A stretch of 64,000 nucleotides of DNA from an uncultured Bacilli bacterium (GCA_934090795.1 CAKOJQ010000006.1:7927-71926); one strand, 5' to 3'; shown: positions 44,866 through 55,805, counted from the stretch's first letter. Notes: generated by a model not told the origin, from the sequence alone. Made by a program: numbers and translations.

Positions 44866-45203
44866 TATTTTAGGCAAACGCTGCATTTAATGTAGAGGAA
44901 AGTCCATGCTCACAAAGTCTGAGATGACTTTAAAGTTCACGCTAAGGGAAAAAATAACCTTAGGTAGCAAACTTGCTAACGGCTTCGAAATAACCTCAAA
45001 TGGTTAAAATAGATGTAAAAGTGCCAAAGAGACGAATCTACTTGGAAACGAGTAGGGTGGAACGTGGTAAACCCCGTGAGTGAGAAACCCAAATTATGGT
45101 AGGGGAGTCTTGTAATTGTGAAATGAAATAATTACAGGAATCGAAAGATAGATAAATGTTTGCCACCCTTTAAGGGTACAGAACATGGCTTATTAAATGA
45201 TAT
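44866..45203 (+). ncRNA. rnpB: RNase P RNA, type B
   Basis: GGCAAACGCTGCATTTAATGTAGAGGAAAGTCCATGCTCAC..., ...GTGGAACGTGGTAAACCCCGTGAGTGAGAAACCCAAATTATGGTAGGGG..., and ...TGTTTGCC...GGGTACAGAACATGGCTTA. These are the conserved P4/CR-I, CR-IV and CR-V blocks. Ends are approximate. Confidence 0.9.
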
Positions 45204-45229
45204 TTTTTATTTATAAAAAGAGGAAGTGA

Positions 45230-45712
45230 ATTACTATAAATGAGATAAGTGAAGTACTTAAAAGTACAAGAGAATCATCAGGATTAAGTCTTAGTGAAGT
45301 ATCAAAAGATTTAAACATTGATGAACTTATATTAACCCAAGTTGAAGAAGGAAATATAGGTGCATTTAAAGATTTATTTGAACTCAAGAAAATTCTTACT
45401 GAATATTCTAAATATTTAGGATTAAATCCAGTTGAAGTTATAGATGAATTTAATGAATATATGTTTGAAAAAACATCTAAATTACAAATAAAAAAGATTG
45501 AAGAAGCAGTTAAAGAAGATTTAAAAGAAGAACAAAATAATAAAAGAATAGCATCACCCTATACAAGACAAGCACCACTAAAAGATAATAAAACATTTGC
45601 TATATCAATTATTATCATTGTTATTTTGGTTGTACTTGCAATAATTTGGAGTATTAAACAAGTTACAATTGGAAGTGTAGGAACAAATATTATCAATTTC
45701 TTTTCAAAATAA
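45230..45712 (+). CDS. RodZ-like HTH membrane protein; no canonical start codon (ATT 45230 proposed)
   Basis: In-frame translation (I)TINEISEVLKSTRESSGLSLSEVSKDLNIDELILTQVEEGN... (XRE HTH) continues into the track ORF 45461-45712, which has a TM helix AISIIIIVILVVLAIIW. In-frame TGA at 45227. SD GAGG lies 6 nt before ATT. Position upstream of pgsA matches B. subtilis rodZ(ymfM)-pgsA. Confidence 0.55.
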   Translation: MTINEISEVLKSTRESSGLSLSEVSKDLNIDELILTQVEEGNIGAFKDLFELKKILTEYSKYLGLNPVEVIDEFNEYMFEKTSKLQIKKIEEAVKEDLKEEQNNKRIASPYTRQAPLKDNKTFAISIIIIVILVVLAIIWSIKQVTIGSVGTNIINFFSK

Positions 45713-45722
45713 GGAGGATTAA

Positions 45723-46322
45723 ATGAATTTACCAAACAAAATAACTTTAGGAAGAATATTTTTATCTATATTAATAATAATTATTATGATGTTTCCATTT
45801 TATGAAATGGGAATCGATGAGACCAAATATCTAGTTATGGGAAAAGTAACAATAAGTTTAAAATACATTATATGTGGAATTTTATTTATAATAGCGTCAT
45901 TAACTGATTTATTAGATGGAAATATTGCTAGAAAAAATAATCAAGTAACTGACTTTGGTAAAGTAATGGATGCCATAGCTGATAAAATACTTGTAAATGG
46001 CATTTTGATAATTATGGCATGTAATGGAAGGTTACCTGTAGTTGTTCCGGTTATAATTATTTTAAGAGATACAGCCGTTGATTCAATTAAAATGGTTGCG
46101 GGAAGTAAAAATGGTAAAGCTATTGGAGCAAGTATTTGGGGAAAAATGAAAACAGCATGTATGATGACTGGACTATCATTAATGTTCTTTTCTAATTTAC
46201 CATTTGAATTATTTGGTTTTTCTCTAGGCTTTTATTTAGTGATTATTGCTTGTATACTTTCAATTTATTCAGGTATCCAATATTTTGTTGCTAATAAAAA
46301 TATATTATTAAAAAACATTTAA
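45723..46322 (+). CDS. pgsA: CDP-diacylglycerol--glycerol-3-phosphate 3-phosphatidyltransferase
   Basis: LPNKITLGRI...DLLDGNIARKNNQVTDFGKVMDAIADK is the CDP-alcohol phosphatidyltransferase motif D-x2-DG-x2-AR-x8-G-x3-D-x3-D. Confidence 0.85.
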   Translation: MNLPNKITLGRIFLSILIIIIMMFPFYEMGIDETKYLVMGKVTISLKYIICGILFIIASLTDLLDGNIARKNNQVTDFGKVMDAIADKILVNGILIIMACNGRLPVVVPVIIILRDTAVDSIKMVAGSKNGKAIGASIWGKMKTACMMTGLSLMFFSNLPFELFGFSLGFYLVIIACILSIYSGIQYFVANKNILLKNI

Positions 46323-46382
46323 CCTATTAATTAGGTTATTTTTTTGATCTAATTTTTGAGATTTCCAAATTTCAAAATCTGT

Positions 46383-46396
46383 CGAACATTTTTTCG
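46383..46396 (+). promoter_or_regulatory. Candidate LexA (Cheo/SOS) box upstream of recA
   Basis: CGAACATTTTTTCG versus the consensus CGAAC-N4-GTTCG (one mismatch in the right half). Lies 10 nt upstream of TTGACA (46407-46412), 17 nt, TAAAAT (46430-46435). Confidence 0.5.
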
Positions 46397-46468
46397 TAAA
46401 AATATATTGACAAATATATTTTCTTATAATAAAATTAAAGCATGAAGGAAAGAATAGGTGAATTATTT

Positions 46469-47509
46469 ATGAAAACAATTGACGCAAAGGACAAAGATAA
46501 AGCATTAGAACAAGTACTAGCTGATATTGAAAAACAATTTGGTAAGGGCGCTATAATGAAACTAGGAAGTTCTGAACACATGGAAATAGATGTAACATCA
46601 ACTGGTTCACTTTCCCTAGATATCGCTCTTGGCGTAGGAGGATTCCCAAAAGGAAGAATCATTGAAATATATGGACCTGAATCATCAGGTAAAACAACAA
46701 TTGCACTTCATGCTATTGCAGAAGTACAAAAAGCTGGTGGCAGAGCCGCATTTATTGATGCAGAACATGCCCTAGATCCAGTTTATGCTCAAAAATTAGG
46801 AGTAAACATTAATGAGTTATTATTATCACAACCAGACACTGGAGAACAAGCATTAGAAATTTGCGATGCTTTAGTAAAAAGTGAAGCAGTAAGCATTGTA
46901 GTAATCGATTCAGTTGCTGCATTAGTTCCTCAAGCTGAAATAGAAGGCGAAATGGGAGATTCTCATGTTGGTTTACAAGCTAGATTAATGAGCCAAGCTC
47001 TAAGAAAATTATCAGGAACAATTTCTAAAACTAAAACAACAGCTATATTTATAAATCAGTTAAGAGAAAAAGTTGGAGTATTATTTGGTAACCCTGAAAC
47101 AACACCAGGTGGTAGAGCTTTAAAATTCTATTCTACAATTAGATTAGATATTAGACGTGGTGAACAAATCAAAATGGGAGATAGTGTTATCGGTAATAAG
47201 ACAAACATTAAAGTTGTTAAAAATAAAGTGGCCCCTCCATTTAGAACAGCAACAGTTGATATTATGTATGGAGAAGGAGTAAGTAAAACTGGTGAAATAG
47301 TAGATTTAGCTAGTGAAAATAACATTATTCAAAAATCAGGAGCATGGTTTAGTTATAATGGTGAAAAAATTGGTCAAGGTAGAGAAAATGTTAAACAATA
47401 TTTAAAAATGAATCCTGATATTTTAGAAGAAATCGAAAATAAAGTAAGAGATATTTATAATATACCTTTAAATAAAAAAGGCAATAAAAATAAAAAAGAA
47501 GAAGCTTAA
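46469..47509 (+). CDS. recA: Recombinase RecA
   Basis: [32 protein letters not shown] (Walker A), [37 protein letters not shown]. Start moved to ATG 46469, 7 nt after AGGTGA. Confidence 0.95.
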   Translation: MKTIDAKDKDKALEQVLADIEKQFGKGAIMKLGSSEHMEIDVTSTGSLSLDIALGVGGFPKGRIIEIYGPESSGKTTIALHAIAEVQKAGGRAAFIDAEHALDPVYAQKLGVNINELLLSQPDTGEQALEICDALVKSEAVSIVVIDSVAALVPQAEIEGEMGDSHVGLQARLMSQALRKLSGTISKTKTTAIFINQLREKVGVLFGNPETTPGGRALKFYSTIRLDIRRGEQIKMGDSVIGNKTNIKVVKNKVAPPFRTATVDIMYGEGVSKTGEIVDLASENNIIQKSGAWFSYNGEKIGQGRENVKQYLKMNPDILEEIENKVRDIYNIPLNKKGNKNKKEEA

Positions 47510-47728
47510 TTAAAAGATATCTACCTTATATTTATTAAAAATATAAACTTATTTAGTATAAAAATATAAGGATTTAAGTTGTATTATATATAATTACTAA
47601 AAATGTGTTATAAAAATAGTAAAATACTTAACCTTTATATCTAAAATATTTGTTCAAACTTAGAGTTGAAGAACCAAATAATTTCTATTATAATATAGTA
47701 AGTTAAAGGAAGGAAATGGTGATAAAAT

Positions 47729-49294
47729 ATGAAAAGTTTTTATATAACAACACCAATATATTATCCTAGTGGTAAATTTCATATTGGAACTGCTTATACT
47801 ACCATTTTAGCAGATGTACTAGCTAGATATCACAGACAAATAAATGAAGATGTTTATTTTGTAACTGGACTAGATGAACATGGACAAAAGATTCAAATCA
47901 AGTCAGAAGAAAAAGGAATTACACCGCAAGAATATGTTGATGAGATGGCAAATGATGCTAAAAAGTTATGGGAATTATTAAATATATCTAATAATGATTT
48001 TATAAGAACGACTGATAAAAGACATGTTGAGACTATAATTAAAGCTTTTAATATATTATATAATCAAGGTGATATATATAAAGGAAAATATAAAGGAAAA
48101 TACTGTGTTCCATGTGAATCATTTTTTACAGATACTCAACTAGTAGATGGTAAATGTCCTAGTTGTGGAAGAGAAGTTAAAGAAGTAGAAGAAGAAACAT
48201 ATTTCTTCAATATGAAAAAATATGAAAATAAATTAAAAGAATTTTATAAAAACAATCCAAACTTTCTAATTCCTTTATCTAAAAAGAATGAAGTTATGAA
48301 TAGTTTTTTAAATTCTGGAATTGAAGATTTATGTATTTCTAGAACTACTTTTGATTGGGGAATAAAAGTTCCACAAGATGAAAAACATGTTATGTATGTT
48401 TGGCTAGATGCTTTACTTAATTATATATCAGTTCTTGGTTATCTAAGAGAAGATGATTCATTAATGAAAAAGTATTGGCCTGCAGATATTCAAATTATTG
48501 GTAAGGATATTTTAAGATTTCATGCTATATACTGGCCTATATTTTTAATGGCTTTAGATTTACCTTTACCAAAAAATATATATGTTCATGATTTTATTAT
48601 GATGAGAGACGGGAAAATGAGTAAATCTAAAGGAAATACGATTTATCCTGATGTACTTGCAAATGCTTACGGAGTAGATGCAGTTAGATATACTCTTTTA
48701 AAGAGTTTACCATATGGACAAGATGGTGAATTTACTCCTGAGTTATTTATAAATAAATATAATACAGAGTTATGTAATGATTTAGGTAATTTAGTTAATA
48801 GAACTATTGCTATGGTTAATAAATATCAAGATGGTATTGTTAATAATAAGGGATTATCAAGTGATTTAGAAAATGAATTAGATGATTATGTTAATAATAA
48901 AATAGATGAATATAATGAAGAAATGAAAGAGATAAATATTCCTAATGCGATGAATAGTATATTAGATATTGTTTCTAGAACTAATAAGTATATTGATGAA
49001 ACAAGTCCATGGGTATTATATAAAGAAGGAAATATAGAAAGACTTACTAATGTAATGTATAATTTATATAATTCAATTAGAAAAATTAGTGTATTATTTT
49101 ATCCTTTTATGCCTGATACTTGTAATAATATTTATAGACAGTTAGGTTTGAAGGAAGAAGAAATTAATTTTGATAAGTTAAAAGATAATTTAGATTATAA
49201 TAATAAAGTTATTGAAAAAGGAGTTCCTTTATTTAATAGATTAGATGCAAATGTGGAAATTCCTAGATTGATAGATTTGATGAAAGTAAATTAA
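47729..49294 (+). CDS. metG: Methionyl-tRNA synthetase (short form, no C-terminal tRNA-binding domain)
   Basis: PIYYPSGKFHIGTAYT (HIGH), CVPCE...CPSCG zinc knuckle, KMSKSKGN. Confidence 0.9.
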   Translation: MKSFYITTPIYYPSGKFHIGTAYTTILADVLARYHRQINEDVYFVTGLDEHGQKIQIKSEEKGITPQEYVDEMANDAKKLWELLNISNNDFIRTTDKRHVETIIKAFNILYNQGDIYKGKYKGKYCVPCESFFTDTQLVDGKCPSCGREVKEVEEETYFFNMKKYENKLKEFYKNNPNFLIPLSKKNEVMNSFLNSGIEDLCISRTTFDWGIKVPQDEKHVMYVWLDALLNYISVLGYLREDDSLMKKYWPADIQIIGKDILRFHAIYWPIFLMALDLPLPKNIYVHDFIMMRDGKMSKSKGNTIYPDVLANAYGVDAVRYTLLKSLPYGQDGEFTPELFINKYNTELCNDLGNLVNRTIAMVNKYQDGIVNNKGLSSDLENELDDYVNNKIDEYNEEMKEINIPNAMNSILDIVSRTNKYIDETSPWVLYKEGNIERLTNVMYNLYNSIRKISVLFYPFMPDTCNNIYRQLGLKEEEINFDKLKDNLDYNNKVIEKGVPLFNRLDANVEIPRLIDLMKVN

Positions 49295-49520
49295 TGTAAG
49301 TTCAAAATTGAATAAACCATTTATGTTTAATATTTATGAATAATATTTAAAAACAAAATCAATGAAATGAGTAGTTAAATAAAGACTACTTATTTTTTTA
49401 CTAAAATTTTTAAAAATTTGCATCCGATAATTCCCTTGATTATTTCTTTCTAATTCTTTATAATAAAGTTATAGAGATTATTAAAATAATTTTTATATAG
49501 AAAGATATGGAGGAAACATT

Positions 49521-51065
49521 ATGGACTTTATAAGTGTAGCTTCCATTTTATGTCTTTTAATTGGATTATTTGTAGGTGGAGCCATAGTTGCGTTCTCAGG
49601 ATTCACCGCTGGCAAAAAATCAAATAAAATTTTAGATGACGCCAAAAAAGAGGCTGAAAAAACTAAACGTAACAGCCTTATGGAACTTAAAGAAGAAACT
49701 TTTAAATTACAACAAGCAACTGATCGCGAAATAAAAGAAAGAAAAAGCGAAATAAAAAATACTGAAGATAGACTTCTTCAAAGAGAAAAATCTTTAGATA
49801 AAAGAGAAGAATTATTACAAAATAGAGATAACTCTTTAGAAGAAAAAGATAAAAATTTAAGTACAATGCAAAAGAAAATTCAAGAAAAAGAAGTTAAAAT
49901 GGATGAACTTCTTAGAGAAGAAATTGAAAAATTAGAAAGTATTGCTAAACTTTCTAGAGAAAAGGCTCATGATCTTATTATGCAAAGAGTAGAAGATTCA
50001 ATGAGCAAAGAAATAGCTGAATATATCAAAGATAGAGAATCAGAAGCAAAATTAGAAGTTGATAAAAAAGCAAAAGAACTTCTTGTAAACTCAATGGAAA
50101 AATATGCTAATGACGTTACAACAATTCAAACAGTTACTACTATTAGTTTACCAAACGATGAAATGAAAGGTAGATTAATTGGTAGAGAAGGAAGAAACAT
50201 TAGAACAATTGAAGCTGTTACAGGAGTCGATTTATTAATTGATGATACCCCTGAAGCAATTTCAATATCATCTTTCGATCCTTTCCGTAGAGAAATAGCT
50301 AAACAAACAATTGAAACCTTAGTTAAAGATGGTCGTATTCATCCAACCAGAATTGAAGAAATTTATGATAAAATATGTAAGGATATGAACGCAAGAATTA
50401 CAGAAATTGGAAATGATACCATTAGAGAACTAGGATTAACTAGAATGGATTCAGAATTAGTTAAAACAATTGGAAAATTAAACTTTAGAACAAGTTATGG
50501 TCAAAATGCTTTACAACATTCAAAAGAGGTTTCATACCTTTGCGGAATAATGGCTGCTGAACTTGGCGAAAACGTTAACCTTGCTAAAAGAGCAGGACTT
50601 TTACATGATATTGGAAAAGCCATTGATTTTGAAATGGAAGGATCACATGTTGAAATAGGAGCTGATCTTGCTAAAAAGTATGGTGAAAATGAAGTAGTAA
50701 TTAACGCTATTGAATCACATCATGGTGATAAAGAAGCTAAAAACATTATATCTGTTTTAGTATCAATTGCTGATACAATGTCTGCATCACGTCCTGGTGC
50801 TAGAAACGATACTATGGAAAACTATATCAAGAGACTAGAAGAACTAGAAACAATCGGTAATAGTTTTGAAGGTGTTGATAAAACATTCGCAATGCAAGCA
50901 GGTCGTGAACTTAGAGTTATTGTAAAACCAGATAAAGTTGATGATTTAACATCATTTAAGATTGCTAGAGAAATTAAGGAAAGAATTGAATCTGAAATGC
51001 AATATCCAGGTACAATTAAAATAACTGTAATTAGAGAAACAAGAGCTCAAGAAGAAGCAAAATAA
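49521..51065 (+). CDS. rny: Ribonuclease Y
   Basis: N-terminal TM helix, a coiled coil, a KH domain (GRLIGREGRNIRTIEAVTGVDLLIDD), and an HD domain (HSKEVSYLCG...LLHDIGKA). Confidence 0.95.
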   Translation: MDFISVASILCLLIGLFVGGAIVAFSGFTAGKKSNKILDDAKKEAEKTKRNSLMELKEETFKLQQATDREIKERKSEIKNTEDRLLQREKSLDKREELLQNRDNSLEEKDKNLSTMQKKIQEKEVKMDELLREEIEKLESIAKLSREKAHDLIMQRVEDSMSKEIAEYIKDRESEAKLEVDKKAKELLVNSMEKYANDVTTIQTVTTISLPNDEMKGRLIGREGRNIRTIEAVTGVDLLIDDTPEAISISSFDPFRREIAKQTIETLVKDGRIHPTRIEEIYDKICKDMNARITEIGNDTIRELGLTRMDSELVKTIGKLNFRTSYGQNALQHSKEVSYLCGIMAAELGENVNLAKRAGLLHDIGKAIDFEMEGSHVEIGADLAKKYGENEVVINAIESHHGDKEAKNIISVLVSIADTMSASRPGARNDTMENYIKRLEELETIGNSFEGVDKTFAMQAGRELRVIVKPDKVDDLTSFKIAREIKERIESEMQYPGTIKITVIRETRAQEEAK

Positions 51066-51080
51066 CCTGCTTCTTTTTTT
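51051..51080 (+). terminator. Terminator of rny
   Basis: GAAGAAGCA, 8-nt loop, TGCTTCTT, then T run. Overlaps the stop codon. Confidence 0.6.
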
Positions 51081-51123
51081 ATATTAAATTTTTGCAATAA
51101 AAAATATCCAAACACTGGATATC

Positions 51124-51294
51124 TTACTTAGCAGCTTTCTTAAAAACTCTAGCTTCTCTTGCTGTTAATCTAACCTTAACACCATTGATTGTATAAGTTT
51201 GTAAGTTAGGTTTTTGTTTACTATTAGTTTTATTATTAGCATGAGAGCTTAATTTAATAGATAAAGGTTTTTTGCTTGAAATATTTTTAGCCAT
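51124..51294 (-). CDS. rpmB: 50S ribosomal protein L28 (short, 56 aa)
   Basis: Not in the ORF track (under 60 aa). Minus-strand translation MAKNISSKKPLSIKLSSHANNKTNSKQKPNLQTYTINGVKVRLTAREARVFKKAAK matches the L28 pattern ..SHA.N.T.....PNLQ......G......SAR.L. SD AGGAGG. A hairpin plus T5 follows downstream (51096-51122). Confidence 0.75.
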   Translation of the reverse strand: MAKNISSKKPLSIKLSSHANNKTNSKQKPNLQTYTINGVKVRLTAREARVFKKAAK

Positions 51295-51622
51295 TTTCTT
51301 TCCTCCTTAATTAAAATCTTCATTGATTTTATCATAATATCTTAAATAAAGTCAATGTTTTTAGGTTAATTTGTAAATTTTCATATAGTTTGCTGTTTTA
51401 TTTTTATTCACTTAAAATTGTCTATAATAATGATATAATAATTTAATTAAAAAACTTAATCAAATCTTATAGTATTAATTTTTCAAATATACTTAGTTAA
51501 AGCTTAATTAATAAACAAAACTACATATTTCATCATTATTCTAGGCAAAAATCATATTTGTTTTCGGTATTTCATAGTGGTATTAATTAATTTGTTAAAG
51601 TAAATCACTATGGTCTCATATA

Positions 51623-52711
51623 TTATTTTTTATATAAACTAAATATTTCTTTTAATTTTCCTTTTGGAGTCAACATTCTTGTAAGAAGTTCAACATCTTG
51701 CTCATTATAAGTTAAGTAATGTCTATTGGCATAATCTAATGCTTCAATTAATACATAGTTACTTGTTTTCATAAAATTTTCTTTTGATACATAATGTGTA
51801 ACAAGACATGGTATTTCCGGTGTTAGTTCAATAAATTCAATTGCTTTTTGTAACATTTCTGGTGTATCAGAATAATATGATAAGAACATACTAGTATCAA
51901 TATCTAATTTAGCTAATTCATCATCTGAAAAGATACTTGTAAGCAAATCAAAATCAACTAATATATTTGAATAATTCGTATTTTGAATTAAATGATTTAA
52001 TCTTGCAATTGTAGTCTCATTATATTTATAACCACCGCAGAAATTTATAAGTTCTAATTGCTTATTATCTGCACATTTATATGTGTCATATTCAAATGTA
52101 TCTAAATTATTTTTTACAAATAAATCTTTTAACTCATATCTTGAATATTTTTTATTTTTTTCTAGTATCTCACACATTTCTTTATATTTTAATTTAAATA
52201 AACTCAAAAATTTCTGTGAATATTTTTCCTTTTCTTCGTCAGATAGATTTTTAATGCTTGTAACAAAATTTGCAAATGTTTCTCCAAATTTTTTAATATT
52301 TTCTATGTAGTCCGTAGTATCAAATTTAGATGATATAAACTTATCTAAATATTGAAGTCTTAAAGAATTATTTAATTCAAATTGAACATTTGCAGATAGC
52401 ATTTGTTGTAACAAATCCACATTATCATAATAAAGAGCAGTATAGTATAAAACAAATAAATTTCTTATTTTTTTATTTTCTCTTTCATCAACGATTGGTA
52501 ATAAAGTATAAATTAGATTACCTTGTGGATCCATTTGTAAATTTTTGAAATTTGCATTAATTAAATCTTTTAATACAAGTTTCATTTTTTCATCAGTTTG
52601 TCTTTCTAAATCTGATTTTAATTCTATTTTTTGTTTTACTTCAAATTTAATTTCACTCAAAGTTTTTAACACATAAATATCAATAAAATCATTCTTATTT
52701 GTTATTTCCAT
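51623..52711 (-). CDS. Hypothetical protein (362 aa)
   Basis: From the ORF track, with SD AGGAGG upstream. No recognisable motif. Confidence 0.5.
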   Translation of the reverse strand: MEITNKNDFIDIYVLKTLSEIKFEVKQKIELKSDLERQTDEKMKLVLKDLINANFKNLQMDPQGNLIYTLLPIVDERENKKIRNLFVLYYTALYYDNVDLLQQMLSANVQFELNNSLRLQYLDKFISSKFDTTDYIENIKKFGETFANFVTSIKNLSDEEKEKYSQKFLSLFKLKYKEMCEILEKNKKYSRYELKDLFVKNNLDTFEYDTYKCADNKQLELINFCGGYKYNETTIARLNHLIQNTNYSNILVDFDLLTSIFSDDELAKLDIDTSMFLSYYSDTPEMLQKAIEFIELTPEIPCLVTHYVSKENFMKTSNYVLIEALDYANRHYLTYNEQDVELLTRMLTPKGKLKEIFSLYKK

Positions 52712-52847
52712 AAAACCTCCTAATATCTTTTATAAAATAATAACTAAAGATTAATAGTTATTATAAATTAAAAGTCTTGATTTTTCAATAAACATAAAGA
52801 AATTTACTTGAATTAATTTAAATGATATAATACCCATAGAGGTACAT

Positions 52848-55673
52848 ATGAAAGAAATAATATCAATTAAAACTGACTATAATGTTTTATCTAGTATGAT
52901 TAAATTACCAGATCTTTTTTCATATGCTGTAACAAACAATATTAACACATTAGGTATTGTTGATGATAATCTTTGCTATGTTGCTGAATTCTTAAAACTA
53001 TGTCAAAAATACAATATTAAACCAGTTATTGGTTTAGAAGTTAATTATCAAAATCATAAAATATATTTATATGCTAAAAATGAACAAGGATATAAAGAAC
53101 TTCTTAAAATTAACACATACATAATTGAAAATGAATTTAATAAAGATTTATTAACTAATGATATCTTAACAATTATCCCATTTAAATCAAAAGAATTATT
53201 AAAAGAAATACCTAATTCCTACATTGGTTATCAAACTGAAGAAGAAAAGAATGAAGCATTAAAATTAACTCCAAACATTGTTTACTTTAATTTAACATTA
53301 TCTCTAACTAAAGAAAATACTAAATACTTGAATTATTTAAATATGATTAAAGAAAATAAAACATATGCGAGTTACAATGATATTGATTATAGTCCTTACT
53401 ATTTAAAAATAGAGGATATTCATGATTTTACTTTCCAAATTGATATCAAAATAACTTATAGTAAAAATTTAATTCCTCATTACGATGATACAATCGAAAA
53501 CAGTTACAATTTTTTAGAAGCCCTTGCCATCAAAGGATTAACAAAAAGATTAAATGGCAATATACCAGAAAATTACAAAAAAAGATTAATGTATGAATTA
53601 AAAGTTATTAAAAGTATGAATTATGTTGATTATTTTCTAATCGTCTATGACTACGTTAAATACGCTATCAAAAATAATATATATGTCGGTCCCGGAAGAG
53701 GCTCAGCCGTAGGCTCACTTGTTACTTATTGCTTAGGAATAACATCCATTGATCCTTTAAAATACAATCTTCTATTTGAAAGGTTTTTAAATCCTGAACG
53801 TATCACTATGCCCGATATTGATATTGACTTTGATGCTACTAAAAGAGAAGAAATAATTGCTTATGTAAAAGAAAGATATGGTAAAGAAAATGTTATGCCC
53901 GTAATGACTTATGGAACATTAACTACTAAAGCAGCCTTATTATCTGTAAGCAAAATATTAGATGTTGATATTTCCATCCTAAATAAATATATCGATCCTA
54001 AAAAAACATTAAAAGAAAATCTAACTAAGGATTTAATTAAAATTCTTAACAATAATAAAAATATTAAAGAAGTATATTATGTTGCTATGAAAATAGAAGG
54101 AATTAAAAGACATGTTAGTACTAATGCCGCCGGTGTAGTAATATGCAAAGAACATTTAGATAATGTAATTCCTATAATTAAAAATGGTGATAATTATTTA
54201 GCTGGATTTACCAAAGATTATCTAGAAGATATTGGCCTTTTAAAAATGGATTTTCTTGCTATTAAAAATTTAACAACAATTTCCGATATTTTAAATGATA
54301 TACCTGAAAAATTAAACTTAAATAATATCGATTTAAATGATGAAGCAGTTTATAAAATGTTTAGTGAAGCTAAAACAGATGGTATCTTCCAGTTTGAAAG
54401 TTTAGGTATGAAAAATTTACTTCTTAAAATTAAACCAACCAATTTTAAAGATATAATTGTATCACTTGCGTTAATTCGTCCAGGCGCAAATGCCGAAATA
54501 GATTCTTATGCTAAAAGAAAAAATGGGAAAGAAGAAATAACTTATATTGATGGTTCATTATCTGATATTTTAAAAGATACATATGGAATAATTGTTTATC
54601 AAGAACAAATAATGCAAATTTTAAGATTAGTAGCATCTTACTCATTTAGTGAAGCCGACTTAATAAGAAGAGCAATTTCTAAAAAGAATGAACAAATTAT
54701 TTTATCCGAAAAATCTAACTTCATAGAAAGAGCCATTAAAAACGGATATACCAAAGAAAAAAGTACTGAAATATTTGATTTAATAATAAAGTTTGCCGAA
54801 TATGGATTTAATAAATCCCACTCCGTAGGATATGCTTTAATTGCTTACCAAATGATGTATTTAAAATGCCATTATATGCCATACTTTTATAAAACTCTTT
54901 TAAATGACAGCCTTTCTTCAAGTAAAAAAACTAAAGAATATATTGATATATTAAAAAACAATGATATAAAAGTAATTAAGCCATCAATTAATTTAAGTAC
55001 GGATAAATATATATTTAATGATGGAGTTATAATGCCATTAACTTCTATTAAAGATATAACCAAAGATATCGCACTAGAAATATCAAAAAATGCTCCATAC
55101 AATGACTTCTATGATTTCATAAGTTCTATTTATCACTTAAAATTAAAACAAGGAATAATCGAAAATTTAATATATGCTGGGGCTTTAGATTTTTTTCATG
55201 AAACCAAACAAACCTTAATTAACAATATAAGTTCAGCGTTAATCTATTCTGAATTAATAAATGAATTAGATAAAACATTAATTAATAAACCTGTTATAGA
55301 AACATTCCCTGAATATGATAAAACATTACTGATGCAAAAAGAGTACGAATTATATGGTTTTTATATTTCTAATCATCCATCTAGTAAGTATATTTGTCCC
55401 AAATCAAAAGATCTCCCAAAATATTTTGATAAATTTATTGAAGTTACTGTTCTAATAGAAAATATAAAATCAATTAAAACCAAAAAAGGAGAAAATATGG
55501 CCTTTTTAGATTTATCAGATGATACAGGAAAGATTTCATGTACCGTTTTTCCTAAAAAAACATCATACTTAAACGAACTAAAAATAGGGGATATAGTAAA
55601 AATTAAAGGTCAAGTTCAAAAAAGATTAGACAATTATCAAATAATTTTAGAAAAATTAACAAAAATTTCATAA
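52848..55673 (+). CDS. dnaE: DNA polymerase III alpha subunit, DnaE type (short, 941 aa)
   Basis: GPGRGSAVGSLVTYCLGITSIDPL, FERFLNPERITMPDIDIDF, GIKRHVSTNAAGVVI, LALIRPGA, FNKSHSVGYALIAYQ and a C-terminal OB fold. The PHP N-terminus has lost the usual His ligands (IKTDYNVLSS instead of H-x-H-S-x-Y-S). Confidence 0.9.
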   Translation: MKEIISIKTDYNVLSSMIKLPDLFSYAVTNNINTLGIVDDNLCYVAEFLKLCQKYNIKPVIGLEVNYQNHKIYLYAKNEQGYKELLKINTYIIENEFNKDLLTNDILTIIPFKSKELLKEIPNSYIGYQTEEEKNEALKLTPNIVYFNLTLSLTKENTKYLNYLNMIKENKTYASYNDIDYSPYYLKIEDIHDFTFQIDIKITYSKNLIPHYDDTIENSYNFLEALAIKGLTKRLNGNIPENYKKRLMYELKVIKSMNYVDYFLIVYDYVKYAIKNNIYVGPGRGSAVGSLVTYCLGITSIDPLKYNLLFERFLNPERITMPDIDIDFDATKREEIIAYVKERYGKENVMPVMTYGTLTTKAALLSVSKILDVDISILNKYIDPKKTLKENLTKDLIKILNNNKNIKEVYYVAMKIEGIKRHVSTNAAGVVICKEHLDNVIPIIKNGDNYLAGFTKDYLEDIGLLKMDFLAIKNLTTISDILNDIPEKLNLNNIDLNDEAVYKMFSEAKTDGIFQFESLGMKNLLLKIKPTNFKDIIVSLALIRPGANAEIDSYAKRKNGKEEITYIDGSLSDILKDTYGIIVYQEQIMQILRLVASYSFSEADLIRRAISKKNEQIILSEKSNFIERAIKNGYTKEKSTEIFDLIIKFAEYGFNKSHSVGYALIAYQMMYLKCHYMPYFYKTLLNDSLSSSKKTKEYIDILKNNDIKVIKPSINLSTDKYIFNDGVIMPLTSIKDITKDIALEISKNAPYNDFYDFISSIYHLKLKQGIIENLIYAGALDFFHETKQTLINNISSALIYSELINELDKTLINKPVIETFPEYDKTLLMQKEYELYGFYISNHPSSKYICPKSKDLPKYFDKFIEVTVLIENIKSIKTKKGENMAFLDLSDDTGKISCTVFPKKTSYLNELKIGDIVKIKGQVQKRLDNYQIILEKLTKIS

Positions 55674-55805
55674 AATGTATTGATAAATAAAAAAATATTG
55701 CATATAATAATAATATCTAGAAGATAGGAAGCATGTTCATAATTAATGATTTTGCATATTTTAATTAAAGTTTAAAATATGCATAAAAAATATTATTAAT
55801 TATTT

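Noticed and set aside
47510-47728. T-box or other leader upstream of metG
   Set aside because: There is no GGTGGTACC-type T-box sequence, AG bay or specifier-loop architecture. I saw only A/T-rich hairpins.
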